Origin: an uncultured Acidobacteriota bacterium
GTDB taxonomy: Bacteria > Acidobacteriota > Thermoanaerobaculia > UBA5066 > Gp7-AA6
Direction of reading: 5' to 3'
NCBI GenBank assembly: GCA_963764715.1
Contig: CAVXTP010000022.1
Span: forward strand, 544,001-608,000
DNA: 64,000 nt
In this document: positions 46,671-54,861 of the stretch, piece by piece
Position numbering within the stretch: position 1 is the stretch's first letter
Layout: every line of letters begins with the position of its first letter
Notes under the pieces: model-generated
What the model saw: the letters and a program-made list of their open reading frames with translations, nothing else
Told to the model about the DNA's origin: nothing
Databases searched by the model: none
Program-made: the position numbers and the translations under genes

Positions 46671-47452
46671 CTCTCGGCCCGCTCCGGCGGCGGCTGCTGG
46701 AGCCGCTGCGCGACGAGGATGAGGACGATGGTCACGGCGAGAAGGAGCGTCGATACCGCGTTGACCTCCGGCGTCACGCCGACCTTGAGCATCGAGTAGA
46801 TCTGGAGCGGCAGCGTCGTCGCGCCCACGCCCGCCACGAACGAGGTGATGACGTAGTCGTCGATCGACACGGTGAAGGCGAGAAGTGCCCCCGAGACGAC
46901 CCCCGGCAGGATCAGCGGCAGCGTGACCCGGACGAATGTCTGAAACGGCCGCGCCCCGAGGTCGAGCGCCGCCTCCTCCAGAGAGCGATCGAAGCCCGAA
47001 AGCCGCGCCCGGACGACGATGGCGACGTAGGAGATGCTGAAGACGACGTGAGCGATGACGACCGTCGTGAGCGAGAGTCGCAGCCGCGCCACCCCGAAGA
47101 AGGTCACCAGGGCCGCGCCGATGACGATCTCCGGGATGATGATCGGCAGGTACAGCAGGTTCTTCGTCGCCGCCTCCCCGCCAAACGCGTAGCGCCCGAG
47201 GGCGAGGGCGACCATGGTCCCGAGGACGGTGGCGATCGCGGTCGTCGCCGCCCCGACGATCAGGCTGTTGCGCACGGCGCCGAGGATGAGGTCGTCGTGC
47301 AGCAGGCTCCGGTACCAGTCCAGGGTGAAGCCCTGCCACACCGCCGTCTGGCTCGTCCGGTTGAAGGAAAAGAGCACCAGGATCGCGATCGGCGCGTAGA
47401 GGAAGACGTACACGAGGAAGGCGTGCGCGCGGAGCAGCGTTCCCGGCCTCAC
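46667..47452 (-). CDS. potC: Spermidine/putrescine ABC permease
   Basis: FLYAPI..SFN, GFTLDWY, PEIVIG, LEEAALDLGA, SIDDYVIT, TPEVNA. Confidence 0.9.
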   Translation of the reverse strand: MRPGTLLRAHAFLVYVFLYAPIAILVLFSFNRTSQTAVWQGFTLDWYRSLLHDDLILGAVRNSLIVGAATTAIATVLGTMVALALGRYAFGGEAATKNLLYLPIIIPEIVIGAALVTFFGVARLRLSLTTVVIAHVVFSISYVAIVVRARLSGFDRSLEEAALDLGARPFQTFVRVTLPLILPGVVSGALLAFTVSIDDYVITSFVAGVGATTLPLQIYSMLKVGVTPEVNAVSTLLLAVTIVLILVAQRLQQPPPERAES

Positions 47453-48345
47453 AGGAGGACGTCCTCGCCGCGACGCCGGGTGTAGCGGGCGTAAAGGAAG
47501 AGGAGCAGCAGGACCGCCGCCGTCAACTCGAAGGCGATGGCCGAGCCGAAGGGTTTGTTCCGGGCGACCGCGAACTGGTTCTGGATGAGGTTGCCGGCGA
47601 GGATCGTCTTGGCCCCGCCGAGGAGGTCCGAGACGATGAACTGGCCGAGGCTCGGCACGAAGACGAGGATGATGCCCGCCACGATCCCCGGCATCGTCTG
47701 CGGCACGGTGACCCGCCAGAACGCCGAACCCGCCGGAGCGCCGAGGTCCGCGGCCGCCTCGAGGAGCGAGAGGTCGAGCTTCTCGAGGGAGGCGTAGAGC
47801 GGCAGGATCATGAACGGGAGCTCGCCGTAGACCAGGCCGAGGAGGACCGAGAAGTCGTTGTACAGGAGCTCGATCGGTCCGGACGTCAGCCCCGAGCCCA
47901 CGAGGAGCCGGTTGATCAGGCCCTCCGTTCGCAGGATGAACATCCAGGCGTAGGTCCGGATGAGGAAGCTCGTCCAGAACGGCACGACGACGAGGCCGAG
48001 CAAGAGGTTGCGCCTTCGGGCCGGGGCGACGACCGCGACGTAGTACGCGACCGGGTAGCTGATCAGGAGGCACAGCCCGGTCGTGACGACGGCCATCCAG
48101 ATCGACCGCCAGAAGATCTGCAGGTAGATCGGGTGCAGCGAGCGCGCGTACTGCGCCAGGAACTTCCCCGAGGCGAGGTAGGCCCCGAGGTCCTCGATCG
48201 GCTTGAGCCCCCCGTAGATCGCGCGCTGCCCGAAGCTGATGAGGAAGAGAACGACGAGGGGCGCGAGGAAGAAAACGCCGAGGACGATCCAGGTCGGGAG
48301 CGCCAGGGCGTAAGCGGCCCGTCCGGACCCTTTCTCGTCGCTCAC
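47449..48345 (-). CDS. potB: Spermidine/putrescine ABC permease
   Basis: PFWTSFLIRTYAW, LPFMILPLYASLEKLD..EAAADLGA, DLLGG. Confidence 0.9.
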   Translation of the reverse strand: MSDEKGSGRAAYALALPTWIVLGVFFLAPLVVLFLISFGQRAIYGGLKPIEDLGAYLASGKFLAQYARSLHPIYLQIFWRSIWMAVVTTGLCLLISYPVAYYVAVVAPARRRNLLLGLVVVPFWTSFLIRTYAWMFILRTEGLINRLLVGSGLTSGPIELLYNDFSVLLGLVYGELPFMILPLYASLEKLDLSLLEAAADLGAPAGSAFWRVTVPQTMPGIVAGIILVFVPSLGQFIVSDLLGGAKTILAGNLIQNQFAVARNKPFGSAIAFELTAAVLLLLFLYARYTRRRGEDVLL

Positions 48346-49466
48346 GATCGGCCGGCCTCTTCCCGAATGAGGACGGCGTGGCGGGGGTCCCAGCAGGCGT
48401 CCAGGCCGCTCCCGACCGGGTGGCGCGACGACTCCTCGAACGGCTTCTCGTTCTGCTCGTAGACGGTCAGCCGCTCCCCCGCCGCGTCGCGGACGATCCA
48501 GACCGTCGAGACTCCCTGGTAGACCCGCTCCTCGACCGTGACCGCGACCGACGAGACTCCGCGGTCGGACGCCCCGCTCCGGGGGCGCAGCTCGAGCTTC
48601 TCGGGCCGCACGACGAAACGCACCGCGTCGCCGGCGCGGGGCCGGGCCTGGCCGGGCGCGAGCGGCACGCGCGTGTCGCCTCCGGCCGCGAGCTCCAGCG
48701 TCACCGCGTCCCCCGACGCCTCCCGAACGCGGGCGGCAAAGAAGTTCGACGCCCCCATGAAGTTCGCGACGAACTCGGTCGCCGGCCGCTCGAAGACGGT
48801 CGAGGCGTCGTCGGCCTGCTCGACCCGTCCCCGGTTCATGACGGCGATCCGGTCGCTCATCGTCAACGCCTCCTCCTGATCGTGCGTGACGAAGATGAAG
48901 GTGATGCCGAGCTCCCGCTGCAGGTGCTTGAGCTGGACCTGCACCTCCTTGCGGAGCTTCTGGTCGAGGGCGCCGAGGGGCTCGTCGAGGAGCAGGACCT
49001 CGGGCTCCAGGGCCAGCGCGCGGGCCAGCGCGATCCGCTGCCGCTGGCCGCCGGAGAGCTGGTGCGGCCGGCGCTTCTCGAAGCCCGTGAGCTGAACGAG
49101 GCCGAGGACGTCCGCGACGCGACGCGCCTGCGCCTCCCGGCCCAGGTCCCGGTAGCGCAGGCCGAACGCGACGTTCTCCTCGACCGAGAGGTGGGGAAAG
49201 AGGGCGTAGTGCTGGAAGACCATGTTGACCGGGCGCCGGTAGGGCGGCGTGTGCGTCACGTCCGCCCCCCCGATGCGCAGGGACCCGGCCGTCGGCCGCT
49301 CGAACCCGCCGATCATCCGGAGCAGCGTCGTCTTGCCGCAGCCCGACGGGCCGAGCAGGGAGAAGAACTCCCCGCGGCGGATGTCGAGGGAGACGTCGTC
49401 GACGGCCGCGGTTTCGCCGAAGCGCTTCGTCAGCCCGCGGATCTCGACGCTGATCTCGCTCGCCAT
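48342..49466 (-). CDS. potA: Spermidine/putrescine ABC ATPase
   Basis: GPSGCGKTT, VFQHYALFPH, LSGGQRQR, THDQEEALTMSDR, C-terminal TOBE domain. Confidence 0.92.
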   Translation of the reverse strand: MASEISVEIRGLTKRFGETAAVDDVSLDIRRGEFFSLLGPSGCGKTTLLRMIGGFERPTAGSLRIGGADVTHTPPYRRPVNMVFQHYALFPHLSVEENVAFGLRYRDLGREAQARRVADVLGLVQLTGFEKRRPHQLSGGQRQRIALARALALEPEVLLLDEPLGALDQKLRKEVQVQLKHLQRELGITFIFVTHDQEEALTMSDRIAVMNRGRVEQADDASTVFERPATEFVANFMGASNFFAARVREASGDAVTLELAAGGDTRVPLAPGQARPRAGDAVRFVVRPEKLELRPRSGASDRGVSSVAVTVEERVYQGVSTVWIVRDAAGERLTVYEQNEKPFEESSRHPVGSGLDACWDPRHAVLIREEAGRS

Positions 49467-49480
49467 GGACACCCGGGAGA

Positions 49481-49541
49481 GGGTCAGGTCTTCAAATTTC
49501 GGATCTCCCGGGTCGAGAACCGAAAAATGAAGACCTGACCC
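49481..49541. repeat. 61-nt inverted repeat between TonB receptor and potA
   Basis: Arms GGGTCAGGTCTTCA / TGAAGACCTGACCC plus inner TTTCGG/CCGAAA and TCTC/GAGA pairing. Confidence 0.8.
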
Positions 49542-49548
49542 CCGGGGC

Positions 49549-52311
49549 CTAGAAGCTCACCCGCAGTCCGAAACGGAGAGTCCGGGGCTGCTGCCACTGG
49601 GTGCCCTGACCGTATTGCTCGTTGGTCGGCGTCGGCGATTCGTTGTCGGCCTGGTCGAAGGCCCACACCTGGTCGACCTGCGTGGTCTGCTGCCGGTTGA
49701 GCACGTTGAAGAGGCTCGCGAGGAAGTGGACCGTGACCGGCCCGAGCCGCAAACCGTAGTCCGCCTGGAGGTCGAACTCGTAGGTGTCGGGCGTCCGGCC
49801 CTCGCTGCCCCGCGGCGTGATGAAGATCTCGGGACCCGCGTAGCCGTTCCACCAGCCGATACGGGAGAGCGGCGTGCCGCTCTGGTAATACCCCGAGGCC
49901 GACATCGTCAGGCCGAACGGGAACGCGTACGCCGTCTGGAGCTTCGCCTGGTTGGTCCGGTCGAGCCCGAGGCTGCCGTTGGCGTTGACCTGGAACTCCG
50001 GATAGTCGAAGTCGTCCGTGATGAAGGGATTCCGCGCGAAGAAGCCGCCGATCGTCCGGAAGGAGCCGTCGTAGTTGCCGCGCAGCGTCGAGTACATGTA
50101 GCTCGCGTAGATCATCCAGTTGTCCGACATCCGCTTCTGCGCCGTCAGCTCGATGCCGCGGAAGTAGCGCTTGCCGGGCGCGAACTCGGGCGCGAGGACG
50201 CTCGAGCCCGGGTTGAAGAACGCGTAGTTGTCGAGCTCCGGGATGTACGTGTCCTCGAGGACCCGGCCGAGGGCCCGGTAGATTCCCCGCAGGCCGACCA
50301 TCCAGGTGTTTCCGAACTGGAATTCCACGCCCGCGAGGATCTCCTCCGAGTACGGCGACTTGAGGTTCGGGTCGATGTCGTCGACCGCCGTGCCCCGGAT
50401 CTCGCAGGGCGTGTCGGGCGTGTCGGCCGCCGGGTCGCAGTTGATGTCGGTCGGCGAGAAATTGAACGTCGACCCGTCGCGCTCGCCGTTCAACGACCGG
50501 ACGTTCATGTCCATCGGGATCAGCGGCACGAACTGGCTGTAGGAGGCGTAGGCCTTGGACTTCCCGTTGTTCAGGAAGTCCCAGGTGACGCCGACGCGCG
50601 GGGAGAAATGGTTGATGTCGATGTAGGTGATGTCGTCGAGGCCCTTGATCTCCTGCTTCTCCCACCGCACGCCCGCGTTGATGGTCAGGTTCGGAAGGAC
50701 GCTCCAGCGGTCCTGCAGGAACACCGCGAACACGTTGTTCTGGGGCGTCGCGATGACGGGGGCGATCGTCGCGTTGTCGATCGTCGCGTCGGGCCCGGCG
50801 AAGAAGAGGTGGCTGTAGACCGGCCGCTGCAGGGGGTCGTCTTCGAAGGGCGCCAGGATCGAGACGAACTGTCCGCCGCTCGTGTCCCGCACGACGTCGG
50901 CGTCGATGCGCTGGTATCCGAACCCGGCCTTGAGGTCGTGATTCCCGAGGTAGTAGCTGACGTCGGCGAGGTAGTCGTAGCGGGTGAACGTCTTGGAGGC
51001 GAACTGACCGTCGCCGGCCGTTCCGCCGAAACCGCCGGACGCGGTCAGGACGTCGCCCGTGTTGTCGACGTAATAGATCTGGTTGCCGCCGGGTCCCGGC
51101 AGCGTGTCGACGTTCTCGCGGTGGTAGCCGAACTGGGCCGTCGCGAGCCACTTCGAGGAGAAGGTCCCCTGGTACCGGCCGCCGAAGTCCGTGCCGCCGA
51201 CCGTCACCGTTCCGTTGTAGGTCGTGGGCGGGCCGATGACCGGGCCGACCGCTCCCGTGTCGTCGGTCGGATCGCCGAAGACCGTCCCGATGAACGTGTT
51301 CGACGAGTTGATCGTCCAGGTCACCTTGCCGGAGTAAAGATTGCTCGACGTATCGAGGTCCGTGATCGTCCCGGCCTCGGGCCCCTGCGTGACCTGGCGC
51401 TGGTCGGTGTTCTTGACGTGGTCGTAGGCCGCGAAGAACCAGAGCCGGTCCTTCAGGACGAAGCCGCCGATGTCCACGCCGTAGTCGGACCGCGTGAACC
51501 CGGCCGGGACGCCCCCGGAGGTGATCTCGTCGAGGTGCTTGTTCTCCGCCTGGAGGGAATCGTCGTCGAAATACCCGAAGGCGTCGCCGTGAAACTCGTT
51601 GCCGCCGGACTTGGTGACGACGTTCAGGATGCCGCCCTGCGCGCCGGTGTACTCGGCCTCGTAGCCGCCGGCCTTCAGCTCGACCTCCTGGATGAACTCG
51701 AAATTGAGGACCTTGCCCTGGTTTCCGATCTCGACGCCCGTCGTGTTCGCGCCGTCGACGAGGTATGCGTTTTCGAGGCCGGTCGAGCCGTAGACGGTGA
51801 TCGAGGTGTTGCGCACGTCGGAGTCGTCGGTGTTGACCCCGCTCGCGAGCTGCGCGACCGAGGCGTAATTGCGCCCGGTCGGAAGGGCCTGGAACGCGGC
51901 CGCATCGAGGTTGCGCCCGATGTCGTTCGACTCGGTCTCGACGGTCGCCGCCTGCGCCGAGACCATGACCTCGGCGCTCGCCGCCGCGATCAGCTCGACC
52001 TTGAGCGCAGCCGCCTGGTCGAGCGCCAGCCGGATGGTCTGCGTGTTCGGCGCGAACCCGGCGAGCGTCGCGGTGACGGTGTACGTGCCCGGCGGCAGCA
52101 GCGTCAGGTTGAATCGGCCGTCGGCGTCGGTGACCGAGGAACGCACGCCCTGGAGGTTCGGGCTTCGGGCCTCGACGCTCACTCCCGGAAGGGGCGTGCC
52201 GCCGGTTTCGACCGTTCCGCGGATGGAGCCGGTCGTCTGCGCGGCGAGGGGCCGCCCGAACGCCGCCAGAAGACCAAGAACGCCGAGGACCCGCGTCGCG
52301 GTCGATTTCAT
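49549..52311 (-). CDS. Oar-like TonB-dependent outer-membrane receptor with carboxypeptidase-regulatory-like N-domain
   Basis: Signal peptide; TGSIRGTV..PLPGV, LPTGRNY, GGYEAEY..GGILNVVTKSGGNEFHG, QDRW, FSPRVG; ends RFGLRVSF. Confidence 0.9.
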   Translation of the reverse strand: MKSTATRVLGVLGLLAAFGRPLAAQTTGSIRGTVETGGTPLPGVSVEARSPNLQGVRSSVTDADGRFNLTLLPPGTYTVTATLAGFAPNTQTIRLALDQAAALKVELIAAASAEVMVSAQAATVETESNDIGRNLDAAAFQALPTGRNYASVAQLASGVNTDDSDVRNTSITVYGSTGLENAYLVDGANTTGVEIGNQGKVLNFEFIQEVELKAGGYEAEYTGAQGGILNVVTKSGGNEFHGDAFGYFDDDSLQAENKHLDEITSGGVPAGFTRSDYGVDIGGFVLKDRLWFFAAYDHVKNTDQRQVTQGPEAGTITDLDTSSNLYSGKVTWTINSSNTFIGTVFGDPTDDTGAVGPVIGPPTTYNGTVTVGGTDFGGRYQGTFSSKWLATAQFGYHRENVDTLPGPGGNQIYYVDNTGDVLTASGGFGGTAGDGQFASKTFTRYDYLADVSYYLGNHDLKAGFGYQRIDADVVRDTSGGQFVSILAPFEDDPLQRPVYSHLFFAGPDATIDNATIAPVIATPQNNVFAVFLQDRWSVLPNLTINAGVRWEKQEIKGLDDITYIDINHFSPRVGVTWDFLNNGKSKAYASYSQFVPLIPMDMNVRSLNGERDGSTFNFSPTDINCDPAADTPDTPCEIRGTAVDDIDPNLKSPYSEEILAGVEFQFGNTWMVGLRGIYRALGRVLEDTYIPELDNYAFFNPGSSVLAPEFAPGKRYFRGIELTAQKRMSDNWMIYASYMYSTLRGNYDGSFRTIGGFFARNPFITDDFDYPEFQVNANGSLGLDRTNQAKLQTAYAFPFGLTMSASGYYQSGTPLSRIGWWNGYAGPEIFITPRGSEGRTPDTYEFDLQADYGLRLGPVTVHFLASLFNVLNRQQTTQVDQVWAFDQADNESPTPTNEQYGQGTQWQQPRTLRFGLRVSF

Positions 52312-52345
52312 ATCGCGCTCCTTCGTTCGGGTTCGATTTCCCGTA

Positions 52346-52375
52346 ACGCTACGGCCGCCGCGATTGGACTGTCAA
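52346..52375 (-). promoter_or_regulatory. Putative sigma70 promoter of TonB receptor-potABCD operon
   Basis: Minus strand TTGACA-18 nt-TAGCGT, 35 nt before the ATG; AAGGAG RBS. Confidence 0.55.
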
Positions 52376-52398
52376 GGTGACCGACAGTCAGCGGCGGC

Positions 52399-52911
52399 TC
52401 ACTTCGCGCGGGTGCGGTCGAGCAGGCGCACGATCTCTTTGAGCTCGCGCACCACGGTCTTGCGATCGAAGCTGGAGGCCGCGGAGGCCGCAGGCGCGGC
52501 CGTCCGCGGGGCGGCGACGGGCGCCGGATCGGCGGACTGAAGCGCGGACCCACCCCGGGCGGGGGCGCGTTCGGGCTTCTCCGCTCTTCGGGGCGCGGCC
52601 GCCGGGCCCGCCCTGCGCTGCTCCGACACCGGCGGCGCCGGAGCGAGCCCGTCGTCGAAGCGGCCCTCGGTGATCTCCGCGTCGAGGCGCTTCTTGGCCC
52701 CCGCCACGGTGAACCCCTCGTCGTAGAGGAGCTCGCGGATGCGGGCGATGATCCGGACGTCCCGCGCGGTGTAGAGCTTGGAGGCGCCCTTGTCCTTGCC
52801 CTCGGAGAGCGCCGGGAACTCCGTCTCCCAGTAGCGCAGGACGTATGGCGCCACTTCCGCGATCCGGCACGCCTCGGCGGGCCTGTAGACCTCGGCTTCC
52901 CCCTTGCCCAC
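52399..52911 (-). CDS. MerR-family HTH regulator
   Basis: VLRYWETEFPAL..RELLYDEGFTVAGAKKRL. Confidence 0.85.
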   Translation of the reverse strand: MGKGEAEVYRPAEACRIAEVAPYVLRYWETEFPALSEGKDKGASKLYTARDVRIIARIRELLYDEGFTVAGAKKRLDAEITEGRFDDGLAPAPPVSEQRRAGPAAAPRRAEKPERAPARGGSALQSADPAPVAAPRTAAPAASAASSFDRKTVVRELKEIVRLLDRTRAK

Positions 52912-52920
52912 GAGGTTAAT

Positions 52921-54336
52921 CTACCCCGAACTCGCCCGGCGGCGGGAGGACTTTGCGCGGCTCGGCGCGTCTTCGTCCCGGGAGCGGGCCCGGACGAGGA
53001 TGCGGATCGGCGAGCCCTCGAAATCGGCCGAGCCGCGGATCAGGTTCTCGATGCGCCGCTCCTCCGAGAAGTGGAGCGGCTCGCGGTGATCGGCGACGAT
53101 CGTGAAGGTCGGCGGCGCCGCGCCGGTCTGCGCGACGTAGAAGACCTTGAGCATCCTCCCCTTCGTGGTCCGGGGCGCTTTGTCGCGCAGCGCCCGGCCG
53201 AGGATCCGGTTGAGCTCGCCGGTCGTGATCCGCCGCATCCGGTTGTCGGCCACCCGGGCCGCCGTCTCGAGCACGCGGGCGATGCCGCGGCCGGTCTTCG
53301 CCGAAACGAGGAGGATCGGGGCCTGCCGGGCGAAGGGGATCTGTGTGGCGAGGGCGGTCTGGAAGTCTTCCGCCGTGCCGATCTCGCGCTTGCCGGCGAG
53401 GTCCCACTTGTTGGCCACCAGGACGAGCCCCTTGCCTTCCTTGTCGGCCATGGAGGCCACGCTCGCGTCCTGTCCCGTCGGGCCCTCCTCGGCGTCGACG
53501 ACGAGGAGAGCGACGTCGCACTCCTCGATCCGCTTCCTCGCCTGGACGACCGAAAGCACCTCGGCGCCCTTCTCGGTCCGGCCCCGGCGGCGGATCCCGG
53601 CCGTATCGACGAGGCGGAAGCGCCGGCCTCCCGCTTCGATCGCCGTGTCGATCGAGTCCCGGGTCGTCCCGGCGGTTTCCGACACGATCGCCCGCTCTTC
53701 GCCGAGCAGCGCGTTCAGGAGCGACGACTTCCCCACGTTCGGCCGTCCCACGACCGCGAGCGCGATCTCGCGCGGGAGCGCCTCCGGTTCCGGCGCCTCG
53801 GGGTCGACTTCCGCGGCCTCCGGCATCCGCTGCGCGATCGCCGTCTGGATGTCGTCGACGCCGGTCCCGTGCTCCGCGGACACGCCGTACATCTCCGGGA
53901 ACCCGAGGGCCCAGGCCTCCTGCTCCCCTTCGCTTCCCTCGCGGCGGTCGATCTTGTTCGCGACGACGACGCACTCGCGGCCCGACTCGCGGATGACCCG
54001 CGCCGCCGCGCGGTCGCCCGGAAGCACTCCGGCCGAGGCGTCCACGACGAGGAGGACGAGATCGGCGTTCTTGATGGCGCCGACAGCTTTCTCGCGCACC
54101 GCGGCCGGGATCTTCTCCTTGCCGGAGGGGTCGTAGCCGCCGGTGTCCGAGACGAGGTACTTCCGGCCGTCCGGCAGCTCGGCCTCCATCTCGAGGACGT
54201 CGCGGGTCATGCCGGCCATGTCGTGGACGATCGACCGGCGGCGCCGGGTGAGGCGGTTGAAGAGAGCCGACTTACCGACGTTGGGCCGACCGGCAATGAC
54301 CACCCGGTAGGGCGATTTCGCCTGAGGGACGGTCAC
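52921..54336 (-). CDS. der: Ribosome biogenesis GTPase Der (EngA)
   Basis: Two GRPNVGKS G-domains, DTGG/DTAG, NKID/NKWD, C-terminal KH-like domain. Confidence 0.95.
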   Translation of the reverse strand: MTVPQAKSPYRVVIAGRPNVGKSALFNRLTRRRRSIVHDMAGMTRDVLEMEAELPDGRKYLVSDTGGYDPSGKEKIPAAVREKAVGAIKNADLVLLVVDASAGVLPGDRAAARVIRESGRECVVVANKIDRREGSEGEQEAWALGFPEMYGVSAEHGTGVDDIQTAIAQRMPEAAEVDPEAPEPEALPREIALAVVGRPNVGKSSLLNALLGEERAIVSETAGTTRDSIDTAIEAGGRRFRLVDTAGIRRRGRTEKGAEVLSVVQARKRIEECDVALLVVDAEEGPTGQDASVASMADKEGKGLVLVANKWDLAGKREIGTAEDFQTALATQIPFARQAPILLVSAKTGRGIARVLETAARVADNRMRRITTGELNRILGRALRDKAPRTTKGRMLKVFYVAQTGAAPPTFTIVADHREPLHFSEERRIENLIRGSADFEGSPIRILVRARSRDEDAPSRAKSSRRRASSG

Positions 54337-54861
54337 TTGGACGACCGCGGTACGCCCCCTTCGAGCAGCAGCTTGAAGCGCGGATGCGAGAAGGGATGGA
54401 CATCCGGAAAGCGCTTGAAGATCCAGCCGCCGAAGATCTCTTTCCCCGATTCGAGCACCGTGATGCGCGCGGCCTCGTTCTGCGGCTCGACGCCCTCCGA
54501 CGTGACGACGCCGCCCGCCATCGTGAAGGCCGGCAGGAAGGCGTCGGCCCGCACGACGAGCGACGCCTCCGGCAGCGGCGCGGTCGCGCCGATCGGCACC
54601 TCGATGACGCCCTCTTTGCCGTCTTTGGCGTCTTTCCAGGCGAGCCGGATGCCGCTGAAGGCCTGGGTGACCGCGGGCGGGACCTCGAGGCGTGTCGGGG
54701 CCGTCGGCGCCGCGCCGCGCCTCCTGTGGACGCGTTCTCGGCGGCCGCGGCTCGTGGGAGATGGCCATGCGGATGGCGGGATCGGGCCGTCCCTTCTCGC
54801 GGCACGCGGCGAGGAGGAAGCAGGCCGTCAAAGCGGCCGCCGCTGCCCGGCGGCGCGTCAC
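54333..54861 (-). CDS. Lipoprotein (DUF2155-like); net +1 frameshift between ~54700 and 54790
   Basis: Lipobox LAAC in one frame; C-terminal LEVPPAVTQAFSGIRL..FLPAF..N.AA..GWIFKRFPDVHPFSHP in another; ends overlap rnr and der. Confidence 0.6.

Noticed and set aside
49615-52380. Long antisense ORFs (e.g. 921 aa opposite the TonB receptor, 852 aa at 30360-32918, 1058 aa at 36935-40111)
   Set aside because: Shadow frames typical of high-GC3 genes; Arg/Gly/Pro- or Val-rich with no recognisable motifs.
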